From a candidate division FCPU426 bacterium (GTDB lineage: Bacteria > Oederibacteriota > Muellerivitia > Muellerivitales > Muellerivitaceae), in assembly GCA_963719085.1 (NCBI GenBank), contig CAVRAL010000004.1:354196-418195 (forward strand): a DNA stretch of 64,000 nucleotides, written 5' to 3'. Below, in pieces: positions 18,747-29,068 of this stretch. The notes under the pieces were generated by a model that worked only from the letters and a program-made list of their open reading frames with translations, did no database searches and was not told the DNA's origin. Position numbers and translations under genes: made by a program. Position 1 is the stretch's first letter. Each line of letters begins with the position of its first letter.

Positions 18747-19725
18747 TCGAATCCTCCAAGGTAACTCCTAAAACGGGGGCCAAATCCGGGTTAATCCGGA
18801 TCACGGACCTGCGCTTGAGATCCAACATCCATTGGTCGAACCGCAAGTCCTGCTCTTCTTTTAAAAGTGAGTCGTGAATCGTCAAACGGACTTGGGCGAA
18901 ATCCTGCATTTTCCGGGGCTCAAACCCGACCAATTGGAAAAGATGATAGCCAAAATGGTCGTGAAAAGGTTTGGAAATCTGTCCCGGCTTCAGACCCCGC
19001 AGTATCTTTAAATAAGGATCAGGCACGTACTCCACCGGCATCTCGCCCCAATCCCCGCCCTGGGATTTGTCATCCGCCAAGGACAAGTCCGACGCGACTT
19101 TGGAAAAATCCTCCCCGGCCTTCAGGCTTTTTAAAGCCTTATCCAAGTCCCCGTGTTTTTGAACGATCAAGTGAAGCGCCCGCACGGACTCGGGTTTCCA
19201 ATAGTCCCCCAGGTGGGACCAATAGTAGTCCTCCACTTCCTGGGGCGTAATCTCCACCAACGCGTTGACATCCTTGTCGACTAGTTTGGCCGCCAGCCTT
19301 TCCTGAAGCAGTTTCCGCTTCCAAGCTTCCTGGCTCACGCCCTGAACCTTGAGGATGTCCAAAAAGTCATCGGGCATTTGGTCAAACGCGGCCTGCACGT
19401 CCTGATTCCACTCTTTTTGAGTCAGCTTCAACCCTTCCTTTTGGGCCTCCTGCACCAGAAGCCTTCGGTCCACCACTTGATCAAACAAACGCCGTTTGAT
19501 GGCCCGCATCTGGCCCTCGGAAACCGCGCTGTAGTGGATGGCCATCAGCCGAAATTCGGTGTCGAACTCCGCCAGCGGCACAGGTTCCCCGTTAATTAAA
19601 ACGGCGACCTTGTCCGGCGGCACCTTGGGACTTTTAAAATCGACGGTGGATTCGCAGGCGCAAAGACCCAAGCACAATCCCAGCGCTAAAAAAGAAAAAC
19701 CGGAACCCGGTTTGAGAAAGGACAC
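18736..19725 (-). CDS. PpiC-type peptidyl-prolyl cis-trans isomerase lipoprotein (PrsA/SurA-like)
   Basis: 329 aa. Lipobox LGLCLGLCAC, SurA N-domain plus parvulin domain (VRALHLIVQKHGD...GGDWGEM). 11-nt overlap with the downstream surA-like gene. Confidence 0.75.
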   Translation of the reverse strand: MSFLKPGSGFSFLALGLCLGLCACESTVDFKSPKVPPDKVAVLINGEPVPLAEFDTEFRLMAIHYSAVSEGQMRAIKRRLFDQVVDRRLLVQEAQKEGLKLTQKEWNQDVQAAFDQMPDDFLDILKVQGVSQEAWKRKLLQERLAAKLVDKDVNALVEITPQEVEDYYWSHLGDYWKPESVRALHLIVQKHGDLDKALKSLKAGEDFSKVASDLSLADDKSQGGDWGEMPVEYVPDPYLKILRGLKPGQISKPFHDHFGYHLFQLVGFEPRKMQDFAQVRLTIHDSLLKEEQDLRFDQWMLDLKRRSVIRINPDLAPVLGVTLEDSNDK

Positions 19726-19743
19726 CGGTTCCGGCCTGACGGC

Positions 19744-20487
19744 TTACTTGGAGCTGGCGGCGGCCGGCGGAGCCGAGGCCGAAGGCGCCAAAGCCTGCTG
19801 GCTGGGCGAAAGGGTGGCCAGGTACTTCTGGATCACGGCGTCCTTCGGTACCACCGGCATATTGCCTTGGAACTGGGCCAAAAGCTTGTCCGCTTGCAGG
19901 CGCAGCTTAATCTGTTGCTTCACCTTTTCGTAAGGCGGCACTTGCTGGCCGGCCTTTTTGGCTTGCATGGCGTAAAGTCCATAGCTGTCTCTTATATCCT
20001 TTTCGCTCACGACCACGCTGTCCACCAGGCCGGCGGCGAAATGCTGGGACAACAGCATCTTGGTATAGGCGTCCTTGTAGTTTTTCTCCAACCGGTTGAC
20101 GGTGGCCTGGTCTTTTTTCAACTTGTCCTTGATCTGCCGGAGTTGAAGGTCGGCTTGGACCAATTGGGTTTGCATGGCTTCGTCAAACTTGGGATCGCTG
20201 TAATTGGCTTTGCGAAGGGCGCTCAGGACCACGTCCTGGTCTTCCAGGCTTTGAAGCACCTCACGGGCCGTATCGGCGTTGTCCGGATCAATGGGTTGGG
20301 GGGAAAAGACCCGCAGCAAGTCCATTTGAAGCATCCAATCGGAAAAGGTGATATTGGTGTCGCCCACGGTGGCCACCACGTCATGGCCGGAAATTCCGGG
20401 GACTCCGGTTTTATCGCAAGCAACCCCGGCCAAGGCTAAAAAACCGGCGGCGAGGATGAAAAAAAACGCTTTCATTGGAGAAGACAT
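19744..20487 (-). CDS. SurA N-terminal-domain lipoprotein (chaperone-only paralogue)
   Basis: Start moved to the ATG at 20487 (MSSPMKAFFF...) with GGGAG RBS 5 nt upstream. Lipobox LALAGVAC. SurA_N-like helical domain, no parvulin domain. Confidence 0.6.
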   Translation of the reverse strand: MSSPMKAFFFILAAGFLALAGVACDKTGVPGISGHDVVATVGDTNITFSDWMLQMDLLRVFSPQPIDPDNADTAREVLQSLEDQDVVLSALRKANYSDPKFDEAMQTQLVQADLQLRQIKDKLKKDQATVNRLEKNYKDAYTKMLLSQHFAAGLVDSVVVSEKDIRDSYGLYAMQAKKAGQQVPPYEKVKQQIKLRLQADKLLAQFQGNMPVVPKDAVIQKYLATLSPSQQALAPSASAPPAAASSK

Positions 20488-20827
20488 AAAACTCCCTTTC
20501 TTAAACGGCTTAATTTCGGTCGGCGAAGAGGCGGTATCGTAACATGGGCCCCGGGGGGCCGCAAGGGCGACTTCCCCAACCGCCGGAAACACCCGCCGAA
20601 TCAACAGTAAACCTGAACCAATCCCGCGCGCAAAGACCCCGCCGGCCTGATGACCCAGGCCAAACGGACGGGACCTATCGCCCTCAATGCATTATTTTTA
20701 ATTGAAGGGCGGTGCGCCAAGACGCAAAGGAAGGAAAATGCCTTTGATTTAAACAGAATATTTGCTTTTAGTTTTCTTAGCGTCTCAAGCCACATTCAAA
20801 AACTAATCAATGGCTGGTTGTTTTGGT

Positions 20828-23800
20828 TCAGTTTACGGCTAAATCCTTAAGCAGTTTTTGGACGGACGCCAGGCGGCCTTCGGGGCCCTCCTCGCCTTTG
20901 GAAACCCGGAAAGAAATGGAGCGCGCGTCGTTGGGCGAAAACCGGATCCGGGTGGGCGGCCATTGTTTCATCCATTTCTCAATCCGTGAAACGGCCGGCG
21001 CTAAATCCGGATGCCATTGAAGAAACACCCAGCCCCCTTGGGCTTCCAACCGCTGAATCCCCAACGCCTTCACTTCGGGCCGCAGGGCGGCGATGCGCAT
21101 CAAGGTTTTCGCTTCCTCGGGCGGTTCGCCGAAGCGGTCTTTTAATTCATTCGTGATTTCACGCAGTCCCGCCTCATCCTGGGTTTCCACCAGCCTTCGG
21201 TAAAACTCGATCTTCACCGCTTCCTCAGGGATGTAGTCCTTCGGCAGGTAGGCGCTTAGGCCCAGGGAAAGCACCGGCGTGAAATCCAGCGGTGTTTCCT
21301 CACCCTTCATCTGGGCCAGTTCCTGGGACAACATGCGGCTGTAAAGATCAAACCCGATCGAGTCCAAGGTCCCATGCTGCTGGGTACCTAAAACATTTCC
21401 CGCCCCGCGGATTTCCATATCCTTCATGGCGATGTGCATGCCGGACCCCAACGACGAGAATTCTTGGAGCACTTCCAAGCGTTTTTGCGCCAACTCACGC
21501 AGGGTCAAGTGCCGGGGATAGAAAAAGTAAGCGTAGGCTTGGCGGTTCATGCGGCCCACCCGGCCCTTGAGCTGGTGCAGTTGGGACAGGCCGAAAAGAT
21601 CGGTACGCTCCACGATCAGCGTGTTCACATTGGGCATGTCCAGCCCCGACTCGATGATCGAGGTACAGACCAGCACATGATATTCCTTGTCCACAAAATC
21701 CATCATGATCGATTCCAGCTCGTGCTCGGAAAGCTGTCCATGGGCCACGGCCAGCTTGGCCTCGGGCACCAGCTTATGCAGCTGGTCGGCGATGCGTTCG
21801 ATGTCGCGCACGTGGTTGTGGACGTAAAAGACCTGGCCTTCCCGGTTCATTTCCCGCCGGATCGCCTCCGCTACCAGCTTGTCATCCATGGGCCCGACCT
21901 GGGTGGAAACCGACAGGCGGTTTTGCGGCGGCGTGTCGATGATGGAAATTTCCCGGATGCCCGACAGCGACATATGAAGCGTTCGGGGGATCGGGGTGGC
22001 CGTCAGCGTGAGCACGTCGACATCCGTCTTGAGCGACTTGAGCTTTTCTTTTTGCGACACGCCGAAACGGTGCTCCTCGTCGATGATCAAAAGCCCCAGC
22101 CGGGCGAACTTAATGTCTTTGCCTAAAAGCCGGTGGGTTCCAATGACGATGTCCGCCCGGCCTTCCCGGACGTCCTCCATGGTTTTTTTAACCTCGGAGG
22201 CGCTTCGAAAGCGCGACAGCATTTGAATATTGATGGGATACTCGGCCATGCGTTCTTTAAACGTGTTGAAATGCTGCTGGGCCAAAATGGTGGTGGGCAC
22301 CAAAACCGCGACTTGTTTTTTGTCCTGCACCGCCTTGAAGGCCGCCCGCATGGCCACTTCGGTTTTTCCGTAACCCACGTCCCCGCAAACCAACCGGTCC
22401 ATGGGCCGGTCGCTTTCCATGTCTTTTTTCACGTCCTTGACCGCGTGGTACTGCCCGGGGGTCAGCTCATAGAGGAAGGCGTCCTCAAACTCGTTTTGCC
22501 AGGGCGTATCCGGCGGCAGGGGTTTCTTTTTGATCATCTGCCGGGTGGAATAAAGCGCCATCAGTTCCCGCGCGATGGCCTCGATCTCGCGGCGCACCTT
22601 GGCCTTGGTCCGGCCCCATTGCTCATTGCCGAGCTTGGAAAGGACCGGCGACCCTTCGGCGCCGATATAGCGCTGAACCAGGGCGATCTGGTCCGTGGGC
22701 AGGTAAATCTTCTCGGAATCGGCGAATTCCAGCTGGATGTATTCCCGGGTCACCCCGTCAATCGTCAAGGGCGTCAAGCCCCGGTAAAGGCAGATGCCGC
22801 AATCCACGTGGACGGCCCAATCCCCCAGGGCCAATTCGGAAAGCGACGACAAGGGTTTTCCGCCCGCGATCGCCCTTTGGCGCCGGTGGCGGCCGCCCCG
22901 GTAACGCCGGAACAAATCGTGGTCAGGAATCACCACGCGTTTGATCTCATCCAGAATGAAGCTTTGCTCGATCTCGCCCAAGAGCATGGAGATCTGCGCG
23001 TTGCCCTTCGGGCTCAATTCGGCTTCTTGCAAGAGCTCGGTCAATCTTCCCTGCTCGCCTTTGTTGTGGCACCACAGCGTAACGTGAACGCCCTCCGCCA
23101 GCCATTTTTTGAGGTCGGCGGTGAAGGTGGCGAACTTGCCGTAATAAGGCGGCAGGCTTCTCCCCGGCACCCGGACTAAATTTTTAGGCGTTTCACCGAA
23201 TAAAAGCTGGTCCAACTGGCCTAGGGCCGCCGCGCGGCCCGAGGCCAACACTTTCTTCCAGTTTTTCAAATCCCCGAACATCTCTTCCACCGGATAAAGG
23301 TCCGACCCTTCTTCCTCGGCTTGGCGGGCGCAAGCGTCGAGCAGGCCTTGAAGTTCCTCAGCCTTGCGCTCGATCGCGACGGGTTCCACCAAAATCAAGC
23401 GGCAATCCTCGGGAAGATAATCAAAAAGGCTCGCCCGCTCGTCGAAGGCGCCCAAGGCGTGCCAGGGCCAGCTGGGAAAGCGTCCGGTTTGAGCGAAAAG
23501 ATCCAGCGCGGTTTGGGCCCAACGGGATTCTTCCCGCGCTTTTTCTTTGAGCGCCCTTTCCAGTTTTTTGCGGACCACGGGTTCCAGCACCAATTCATGC
23601 GCCGGAAAAACCCAGACGTCATTCAGCTCGCCGCTGGAGCGCTGGCTTAAAAGGTTCAGCGGCCGCACCGAGGTGATCGTGTCGCCGAAAAGTTCCAGCC
23701 GCACCGGGCCCGAGGGCGATCCCGGCGAGGCCAAATCCAAAATCCCGCCCCGCATGGCGAATTGTCCCGAGGAAACCACCTGGCTCACGGCCTCATAGCC

Positions 23801-24316
23801 GAGGGCGACAAGTTTTTCCTTGAAGTCCGGCGGAATGTCGCCGTCTTTTTTCAAGATGATGATTTTGTCCATCCACTGCTCGGGCGGGAGCGTGTTTTGC
23901 AGCGCGCCCAAAAGCGGGGCGATGACGATTCCCGGCGAGTTTTGCTGGAGTTGATAAAAAGCTTTTTGACGCTCGCCGATCAGCTCCGCGTCCGGCTCCT
24001 CCACGTCCCGGGGCAACACTTCCCAGGCCGGGCACAAGGCGAGTGAAACGCCGGGCATCCAACTGGCCAGATCGTCCCGAAGGATGTCCGCCTCTTCCCG
24101 GGTAGCGGTTAAAAGCACCCAGGGCTTTTTTTCCGAAAGTTTTTCATAGGCCCAAGCCAGAAAAAAGGATTTCGCCGATCCCGGCAGCCCCTGTAAAAGG
24201 GTCAGCGGTTTTCCTTTTTTCAACGCGTCCAGCGCCGGCTGAGCGTCCAGCCAGTCGAGTTTTTCAAAGGCAAGCGTTCCCGGCATAGAAAGCCGGGCCG
24301 CGGATTCAGAAACCAT
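20828..24316 (-). CDS. mfd: transcription-repair coupling factor
   Basis: 1162 aa. UvrB-homology N-terminal region, RNAP-interacting domain, DEAH-box (LLIIDEEHRFG) superfamily-2 translocase, TRCF C-terminal domain. Confidence 0.95.
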   Translation of the reverse strand: MVSESAARLSMPGTLAFEKLDWLDAQPALDALKKGKPLTLLQGLPGSAKSFFLAWAYEKLSEKKPWVLLTATREEADILRDDLASWMPGVSLALCPAWEVLPRDVEEPDAELIGERQKAFYQLQQNSPGIVIAPLLGALQNTLPPEQWMDKIIILKKDGDIPPDFKEKLVALGYEAVSQVVSSGQFAMRGGILDLASPGSPSGPVRLELFGDTITSVRPLNLLSQRSSGELNDVWVFPAHELVLEPVVRKKLERALKEKAREESRWAQTALDLFAQTGRFPSWPWHALGAFDERASLFDYLPEDCRLILVEPVAIERKAEELQGLLDACARQAEEEGSDLYPVEEMFGDLKNWKKVLASGRAAALGQLDQLLFGETPKNLVRVPGRSLPPYYGKFATFTADLKKWLAEGVHVTLWCHNKGEQGRLTELLQEAELSPKGNAQISMLLGEIEQSFILDEIKRVVIPDHDLFRRYRGGRHRRQRAIAGGKPLSSLSELALGDWAVHVDCGICLYRGLTPLTIDGVTREYIQLEFADSEKIYLPTDQIALVQRYIGAEGSPVLSKLGNEQWGRTKAKVRREIEAIARELMALYSTRQMIKKKPLPPDTPWQNEFEDAFLYELTPGQYHAVKDVKKDMESDRPMDRLVCGDVGYGKTEVAMRAAFKAVQDKKQVAVLVPTTILAQQHFNTFKERMAEYPINIQMLSRFRSASEVKKTMEDVREGRADIVIGTHRLLGKDIKFARLGLLIIDEEHRFGVSQKEKLKSLKTDVDVLTLTATPIPRTLHMSLSGIREISIIDTPPQNRLSVSTQVGPMDDKLVAEAIRREMNREGQVFYVHNHVRDIERIADQLHKLVPEAKLAVAHGQLSEHELESIMMDFVDKEYHVLVCTSIIESGLDMPNVNTLIVERTDLFGLSQLHQLKGRVGRMNRQAYAYFFYPRHLTLRELAQKRLEVLQEFSSLGSGMHIAMKDMEIRGAGNVLGTQQHGTLDSIGFDLYSRMLSQELAQMKGEETPLDFTPVLSLGLSAYLPKDYIPEEAVKIEFYRRLVETQDEAGLREITNELKDRFGEPPEEAKTLMRIAALRPEVKALGIQRLEAQGGWVFLQWHPDLAPAVSRIEKWMKQWPPTRIRFSPNDARSISFRVSKGEEGPEGRLASVQKLLKDLAVN

Positions 24317-24472
24317 GACAGGAGTCCTTTTTTATTTTTAGGCCCAACGCCAACAAGGGTTTTTCATCCGGCGAAGGACAAAAAACCCTGAGGATTCGTT
24401 CAATTGCGGAAAATAATGACCGGGGCCAAAATAAAAGTCAATAAAACCTTCCCGGAAATCGGGCGCTGAAAC

Positions 24473-24511
24473 AAAAAAGCGCCGGGACGTTCAAGTCCCG
24501 GCGCCTTCTTC
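24473..24511 (-). terminator. rho-independent terminator downstream of the zf-HC2 mini-gene
   Basis: Minus strand reads gcgccgggac-ttgaac-gtcccggcgc followed by ttttttgtttc (10-bp GC stem plus U-run). Confidence 0.7.
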
Positions 24512-24533
24512 TTCAATCAAATCCCAAATCCGG

Positions 24534-24689
24534 TTAATCTTGGTTAAAAGCCGGCACTAACGTCAAAAGAAAAATACATTCCGGACAAACCAACATATGG
24601 GACTCAACTTCGGCTTTTTCGGCCTCCGTCAATTTTCCCAGCCGGTAAAGGTTCAATTGCTGTTTGATTTCTTCGCATTCGGATCCCAT
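24534..24689 (-). CDS. zf-HC2-type (anti-sigma-factor-like) zinc-finger mini-protein, 51 aa
   Basis: Manual translation MGSECEEIKQQLNLYRLGKLTEAEKAEVESHMLVCPECIFLLTLVPAFNQD* fits the zf-HC2 consensus C..ϕ...L..Y..G.L...E...VE.H...C..C. GAGG RBS ~8 nt upstream. Below the ORF-track length cut-off; followed by a terminator. Confidence 0.55.
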   Translation of the reverse strand: MGSECEEIKQQLNLYRLGKLTEAEKAEVESHMLVCPECIFLLTLVPAFNQD

Positions 24690-25023
24690 AACCGCGCCTC
24701 GCTTTCCGACACATCAGCGTCCAAAGGTATTCGCCTGCAAGCGAGTGAGTTAAGTTAACTATAAAGAGGTGCATCATCTGTGCCAATAAGGAAAACGAAG
24801 AACCTTTTGTTTTTAGACATTTTTAGGTTTAACTCAAGAGCCCTTTTTCCCAGTAAATCGCGATTTTAGGTTTCATTTTTAGTCCCAAGGGCCAAAACAA
24901 AGGCTAAAAAGCTGTATAAAATTTGCCTAAAGTCCTGGTTTCCGTCAAAAAAAGGACGGCGAGCCGGCTTCGATTTATTTTAGAAATAGGTTCAAATACC
25001 GCATCCTCCAAGAAAGTTGTTCG

Positions 25024-27165
25024 ATGAAATCCTCCGCTCCTGAAAACCCACTCTCACTGCTCAACCGCGTCTTTGGATACCCTTCCTTTCGCGGGCAGCA
25101 AAAGGCCATCATTGAGCACGCGCTCGGCGGAGGCTCTTGCCTGGTGCTCATGCCGACCGGCGGCGGAAAAAGTCTTTGCTATCAAATCCCGGCCATCCTT
25201 CGGCCCGGCCTGGCCTTGGTCATTTCACCCTTGATCGCCTTGATGCAGGATCAAGTGGACGCCCTCCGCGTGAATGGCGTGTCCTGCGCTTTTTACAATT
25301 CCACCTTGGACGGAAGGCAAAAAGACGGGATTCGCCGGCAGGCCCAGCGAAACCAGTTGGACCTGCTCTATGTCGCGCCCGAGACCCTCAACACGCCGGG
25401 TTTTCAAAATTTTCTTCAAGATCTTTCTTTGAGCCTCATCGCGGTGGACGAGGCCCATTGCGTCTCCCAATGGGGCCATGACTTCCGGCCCGATTATCTG
25501 CAAATCGCCCGGCTGCGGGAGCGGTTCCCCCAGGTCCCCTTGATCGCCTTGACCGCCACGGCGGACCCGCAAACCCAAAAAGAAATCCGCGAACGGCTGG
25601 GATTGGCGCGGGACCCCGTTTTTTCTTCCAGCTTCGACCGTCCGAATATCCGGTACCAGATCACGGTAAAGGACGGAGGGCGTGATCAGCTTTTGGATTT
25701 TATCCAAACCCAGCATCCCGGCCAATCCGGCATCGTGTATGTCCTCAGCCGCGTGAACACGGAAGAAACCGCCGCGTGGTTGTCCCAAAAGGGCGTCCCC
25801 GCGCTTCCCTATCACGCCGGGCTGGACGCCGCCTTACGGCGCGGCCACCAGGGGCGTTTCTTACGGGAGGAGGGTCTGGTCATGGTGGCCACCATCGCCT
25901 TTGGCATGGGCATCGACAAACCCAATGTGCGTTTCGTGGCGCATTTGGGAATTCCCAAAAGCGTGGAAGCCTATTATCAGGAAACCGGCCGGGCCGGGCG
26001 CGACGGGGAACCCGCCTCGGCTTGGATGGCTTATTCGTTAAACGACGTGGTGAAGCTTCGGCACATGATCCTGGGCGGCGAGGCCGCGGAAGCGCACAAA
26101 CGCCTGGGCGGGCAAAAGCTCAACGCCATGCTGGGCCTTTGTGAAACCGCCCGCTGCCGACGCCAAGCGCTGTTGGCTTATTTTGGCGAGGCGCATTCGG
26201 GCGGCTGCGGCGGCTGTGACAATTGCCTTCAACCGCCCAAAACCTGGGACGCGACCCTGGCCGCGCAAAAAGCGCTTTCCTGCGTTTACCGCACCGGCCA
26301 GCGCTTTGGCGCGGGCCATTTGATCGATGTTTTGCTGGGCAAAGAAACCGAAAAGGCCCTCAGTTCGGGCCATACCCAATTAAGCGTTTTTGGCGTCGGT
26401 AAAGAATTCGAGAAAAGAAAATGGGACTCGGTTTTTCGTCAGTTGGTGGCCGCGGATTATCTCGACACGGATTTGGAGGGGTACGGCACTTTTAAGCTGA
26501 ATCAAAAGTCCTGGGCCGTTTTAAAAGAGGGTCAAAAAGTCCTCTTGCGGGAGGATCCGCCTCCCCCCAAAACCAAGCGAGATTCCCGAAAGGAAAAATC
26601 ATCGTCGAAGCCATCGGCGCCTTTGTCCGCGGGATCCGCTTCCCTGTTTGAGGCGCTTCGGTCCCTTCGTTTGAGCCTGGCCAAGGAACAAAACCTTCCG
26701 CCTTACGTGGTTTTCCACGACAGCGTTTTGCGGGAAATGGTTTCCCGAAAGCCCGGATCTTTGAACGAATTCGCCCAGATCCCAGGCGTGGGCGAGGCCA
26801 AACTCAGGCGTTACGGCCCCGCTTTTCTTCAAGTTTTACTCCAGGCGAAATCCTCCCTCGGCGATGAAGCCAGCGGAACCACGATGGAAACCTGGGAGCT
26901 TTTCCGAAAAGGCCTGGACGTGAACGCCATCGCCGCTCAACGGAATCTGACTCCGGGCACCATTTGGAGCCATTTGGGCCAACTGATAGGGGATCAAAAA
27001 TTGCGCGTCGAGGACGTGGTGGGGCTGCCCCCGGGGGAACTGGCGGTCTTAAAAGCCGCCTTGGTGGATTCAAAAGGCAAACTCAAGCCGGTCTTTGAAA
27101 AATTCGCGGGGAAATACACATACGAAATCATTCGATGCGTCCAGGCCGGGCTCACCGAAAATTAA
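25024..27165 (+). CDS. recQ: ATP-dependent DNA helicase RecQ
   Basis: 713 aa. Helicase motifs ([29 protein letters not shown]), RQC Zn-binding cysteines, HRDC domain, extra C-terminal HTH-like domain. Confidence 0.95.
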   Translation: MKSSAPENPLSLLNRVFGYPSFRGQQKAIIEHALGGGSCLVLMPTGGGKSLCYQIPAILRPGLALVISPLIALMQDQVDALRVNGVSCAFYNSTLDGRQKDGIRRQAQRNQLDLLYVAPETLNTPGFQNFLQDLSLSLIAVDEAHCVSQWGHDFRPDYLQIARLRERFPQVPLIALTATADPQTQKEIRERLGLARDPVFSSSFDRPNIRYQITVKDGGRDQLLDFIQTQHPGQSGIVYVLSRVNTEETAAWLSQKGVPALPYHAGLDAALRRGHQGRFLREEGLVMVATIAFGMGIDKPNVRFVAHLGIPKSVEAYYQETGRAGRDGEPASAWMAYSLNDVVKLRHMILGGEAAEAHKRLGGQKLNAMLGLCETARCRRQALLAYFGEAHSGGCGGCDNCLQPPKTWDATLAAQKALSCVYRTGQRFGAGHLIDVLLGKETEKALSSGHTQLSVFGVGKEFEKRKWDSVFRQLVAADYLDTDLEGYGTFKLNQKSWAVLKEGQKVLLREDPPPPKTKRDSRKEKSSSKPSAPLSAGSASLFEALRSLRLSLAKEQNLPPYVVFHDSVLREMVSRKPGSLNEFAQIPGVGEAKLRRYGPAFLQVLLQAKSSLGDEASGTTMETWELFRKGLDVNAIAAQRNLTPGTIWSHLGQLIGDQKLRVEDVVGLPPGELAVLKAALVDSKGKLKPVFEKFAGKYTYEIIRCVQAGLTEN

Positions 27166-27196
27166 AAGACGACTCTGAAGACCGATCAGCGCAATT

Positions 27197-27865
27197 TTAC
27201 CGGGTGACGGAAAAAAGGGAAAAGACCAGCCAAATGGCGCAGGCGGAGCCGATGGGCACCGTCAAATTGTCATCGACCTCAAAAGAAAAAAGCTCGATCA
27301 AGGCCCCCGCCACGGCGCTCACAAGCGCGATGCGCCAATCCCCGATCAAAGCCCAGGCGATGGCGAAGGCCACCGCGAAAAAGGAAAAAGTCCCTTCCGC
27401 CGACCGGCGGAAAATTTTCAACCTCCCAAAATAAAGGCCGCCTAATTCAGCCGCCGTGTCCCCCAGGGATAAAAACAACATGGCCGTAATGGCCACCGTG
27501 CGGGGAAAAAGAAAAACCACCAGGGAAAAAGCGAAACAAAGAAAAGTGGCGCCATTGAACTTATTTTGCTCGGTCCGGCGGATCAAGACGGAAAAAAATT
27601 TCATGAACTGGGAGTTGAACCGCTGGTCGTTTAAACGCAGCCAATCCAGGCAAAAGAAAGCAACAAAAGCCGAGACTAAAATCCAAAGCAGGGTGCGCCG
27701 CAGATCGGCCTCGCTTTGATGCAGCGGATTATAAAAATAAACCAAGGGGGCGATCGAAGCCGAGACCACGTGATAAACCTTGCGGAAGGCTTGAAAGGGT
27801 TTGATTTCCCGCTTTTTTTTAACGGGCGGGTCCGGCACCGCTGATGGGTTTAAGGTCGTTTCCAA
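27197..27865 (-). CDS. CTP-transferase-1 family membrane protein (CdsA / dolichol-kinase-like)
   Basis: 222 aa, 6-7 TM helices. C-terminal ...LSLGDTAAELGGLYFG... resembles the CDS/dolichol kinase catalytic region. Confidence 0.5.
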   Translation of the reverse strand: METTLNPSAVPDPPVKKKREIKPFQAFRKVYHVVSASIAPLVYFYNPLHQSEADLRRTLLWILVSAFVAFFCLDWLRLNDQRFNSQFMKFFSVLIRRTEQNKFNGATFLCFAFSLVVFLFPRTVAITAMLFLSLGDTAAELGGLYFGRLKIFRRSAEGTFSFFAVAFAIAWALIGDWRIALVSAVAGALIELFSFEVDDNLTVPIGSACAIWLVFSLFSVTR

Positions 27866-27898
27866 AATTGAAGTCCTTTGAGTGGAGCCACCATAAAA

Positions 27899-28555
27899 TC
27901 ACGGCATCTTCGATTTTTCCAGAAAATAAGTCAAATGTTCCAATTCAGACGCCAGGTCCACTTCCCGCACTAGCACCGACTTGGGAACCGTGATGAGACA
28001 GGGCGCGAAATTAAGAATGGCCCTGATTCCGGCGTCCACCAAAAGCTCGGCCGCCCGCTGGGCCTGGCCGGCCGGAACCGCCAGCACGGCGATTTCTATT
28101 TTTTTATCCCGGATCACCTGCCGCAAGGACGGGGTGGGCCAAATTTTAACGCCCTCCAGTTCCCAGCCCACTTTGGAAGGATCCACGTCAAACGCCGCCT
28201 CGATCCGAAACCCGGCTTTGGAAAAACCGCCGTACTGGAGCAGCGCCATTCCCAAATTACCCGCGCCCACCAAGGCGATCCGCCAGGCCTTATGAAGCCC
28301 TAAAATTTCACGCATCTTGCCCTGCAGCGTTTTGAGGTCGTAACCCACGCCGCGCTGGCCGAATTGGCCGATGGCGGCCAGGTCTTTTCGCACCTGGGCC
28401 GGATTCATGGCGGAAGCCTGCGCCAATTCCCGAGAAGAAACCACGCCGCTGGAGCGGGCCTCCAAGGAAGCGAAGCTTCGCAGATAAACCGGCAATCGGG
28501 CGATGGTCGGTTCCGGGATATTTTTTCGGGTTTTAGGTGTTTTTTTCAGGGGCAT
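27899..28555 (-). CDS. rex: redox-sensing transcriptional repressor Rex
   Basis: 218 aa. N-terminal wHTH (IARLPVYLR), Rossmann GxGxxG (ALVGAGNLG). Confidence 0.85.
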   Translation of the reverse strand: MPLKKTPKTRKNIPEPTIARLPVYLRSFASLEARSSGVVSSRELAQASAMNPAQVRKDLAAIGQFGQRGVGYDLKTLQGKMREILGLHKAWRIALVGAGNLGMALLQYGGFSKAGFRIEAAFDVDPSKVGWELEGVKIWPTPSLRQVIRDKKIEIAVLAVPAGQAQRAAELLVDAGIRAILNFAPCLITVPKSVLVREVDLASELEHLTYFLEKSKMP

Positions 28556-28579
28556 TTTTTCTCGGACTCGGGGGATTCC

Positions 28580-29050
28580 TCACCACTCGTCCAGGGTTTC
28601 CTTTTGGGAAAAGACACGCTGCTCTTCCAAAAATTGGGCGCGCCGGCTGATCGCTTCTTTGCTCTTTTGCTTCAAGGCCGCCAGGCTGAAGGGTTTTGCC
28701 AGATAATCACAGGCCCCTTGTTTCAAGGCGTCGATCCCCACCGAAAAAGAGCCATAGGCCGTCATGATGATGACAAAAATGCGTTTGTCCCGCATCTTTA
28801 AGTACTGCAAAAGCTCCAGGCCCGTCATTTCAGGCATCCGCATATCGACCAGCGCCAAGTCATAAGAATGCTTGCGCTGAAGCGCGATGGCCTGGGTGGC
28901 GCTGGTGGCCGTGTCCACCCGGTATCCCAAGGGCGTCAGGCTCTTTTGGATCAATTGGGTGAAATCCGCCTCATCATCCACCACCAACACATGGGCCTTC
29001 CCCGCCGGTTTTTTCCGAGGCTTGCGCGCGTTTTTTTTAATCCGAGTCAC
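28580..29050 (-). CDS. response regulator, receiver domain only
   Basis: 156 aa. VLVVDDE...D..M.MPEMTGLELL...K CheY-like fold. Confidence 0.8.
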   Translation of the reverse strand: MTRIKKNARKPRKKPAGKAHVLVVDDEADFTQLIQKSLTPLGYRVDTATSATQAIALQRKHSYDLALVDMRMPEMTGLELLQYLKMRDKRIFVIIMTAYGSFSVGIDALKQGACDYLAKPFSLAALKQKSKEAISRRAQFLEEQRVFSQKETLDEW

Positions 29051-29068
29051 GAGGAATCCCCTTTTCTT

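Noticed and set aside
17700-18764. Long plus-strand ORFs antisense to well-supported genes (17700..18764; also 21434..22126, 22133..23179, 34902..35900, 53910..54875, 37304..37957, 37467..38027, 11514..11942)
   Set aside because: They lie entirely inside strongly supported minus- or plus-strand genes (surA, mfd, NTP-transferase, porin, apbC, thiL). High GC content inflates stop-free antisense frames. No motifs or RBS support.
24604-24786. 60-aa ORF from the track in the mfd-recQ spacer
   Set aside because: No RBS or motif. The overlapping 51-aa zf-HC2 reading frame (24534..24689) has a clear domain signature and a terminator, and is preferred.
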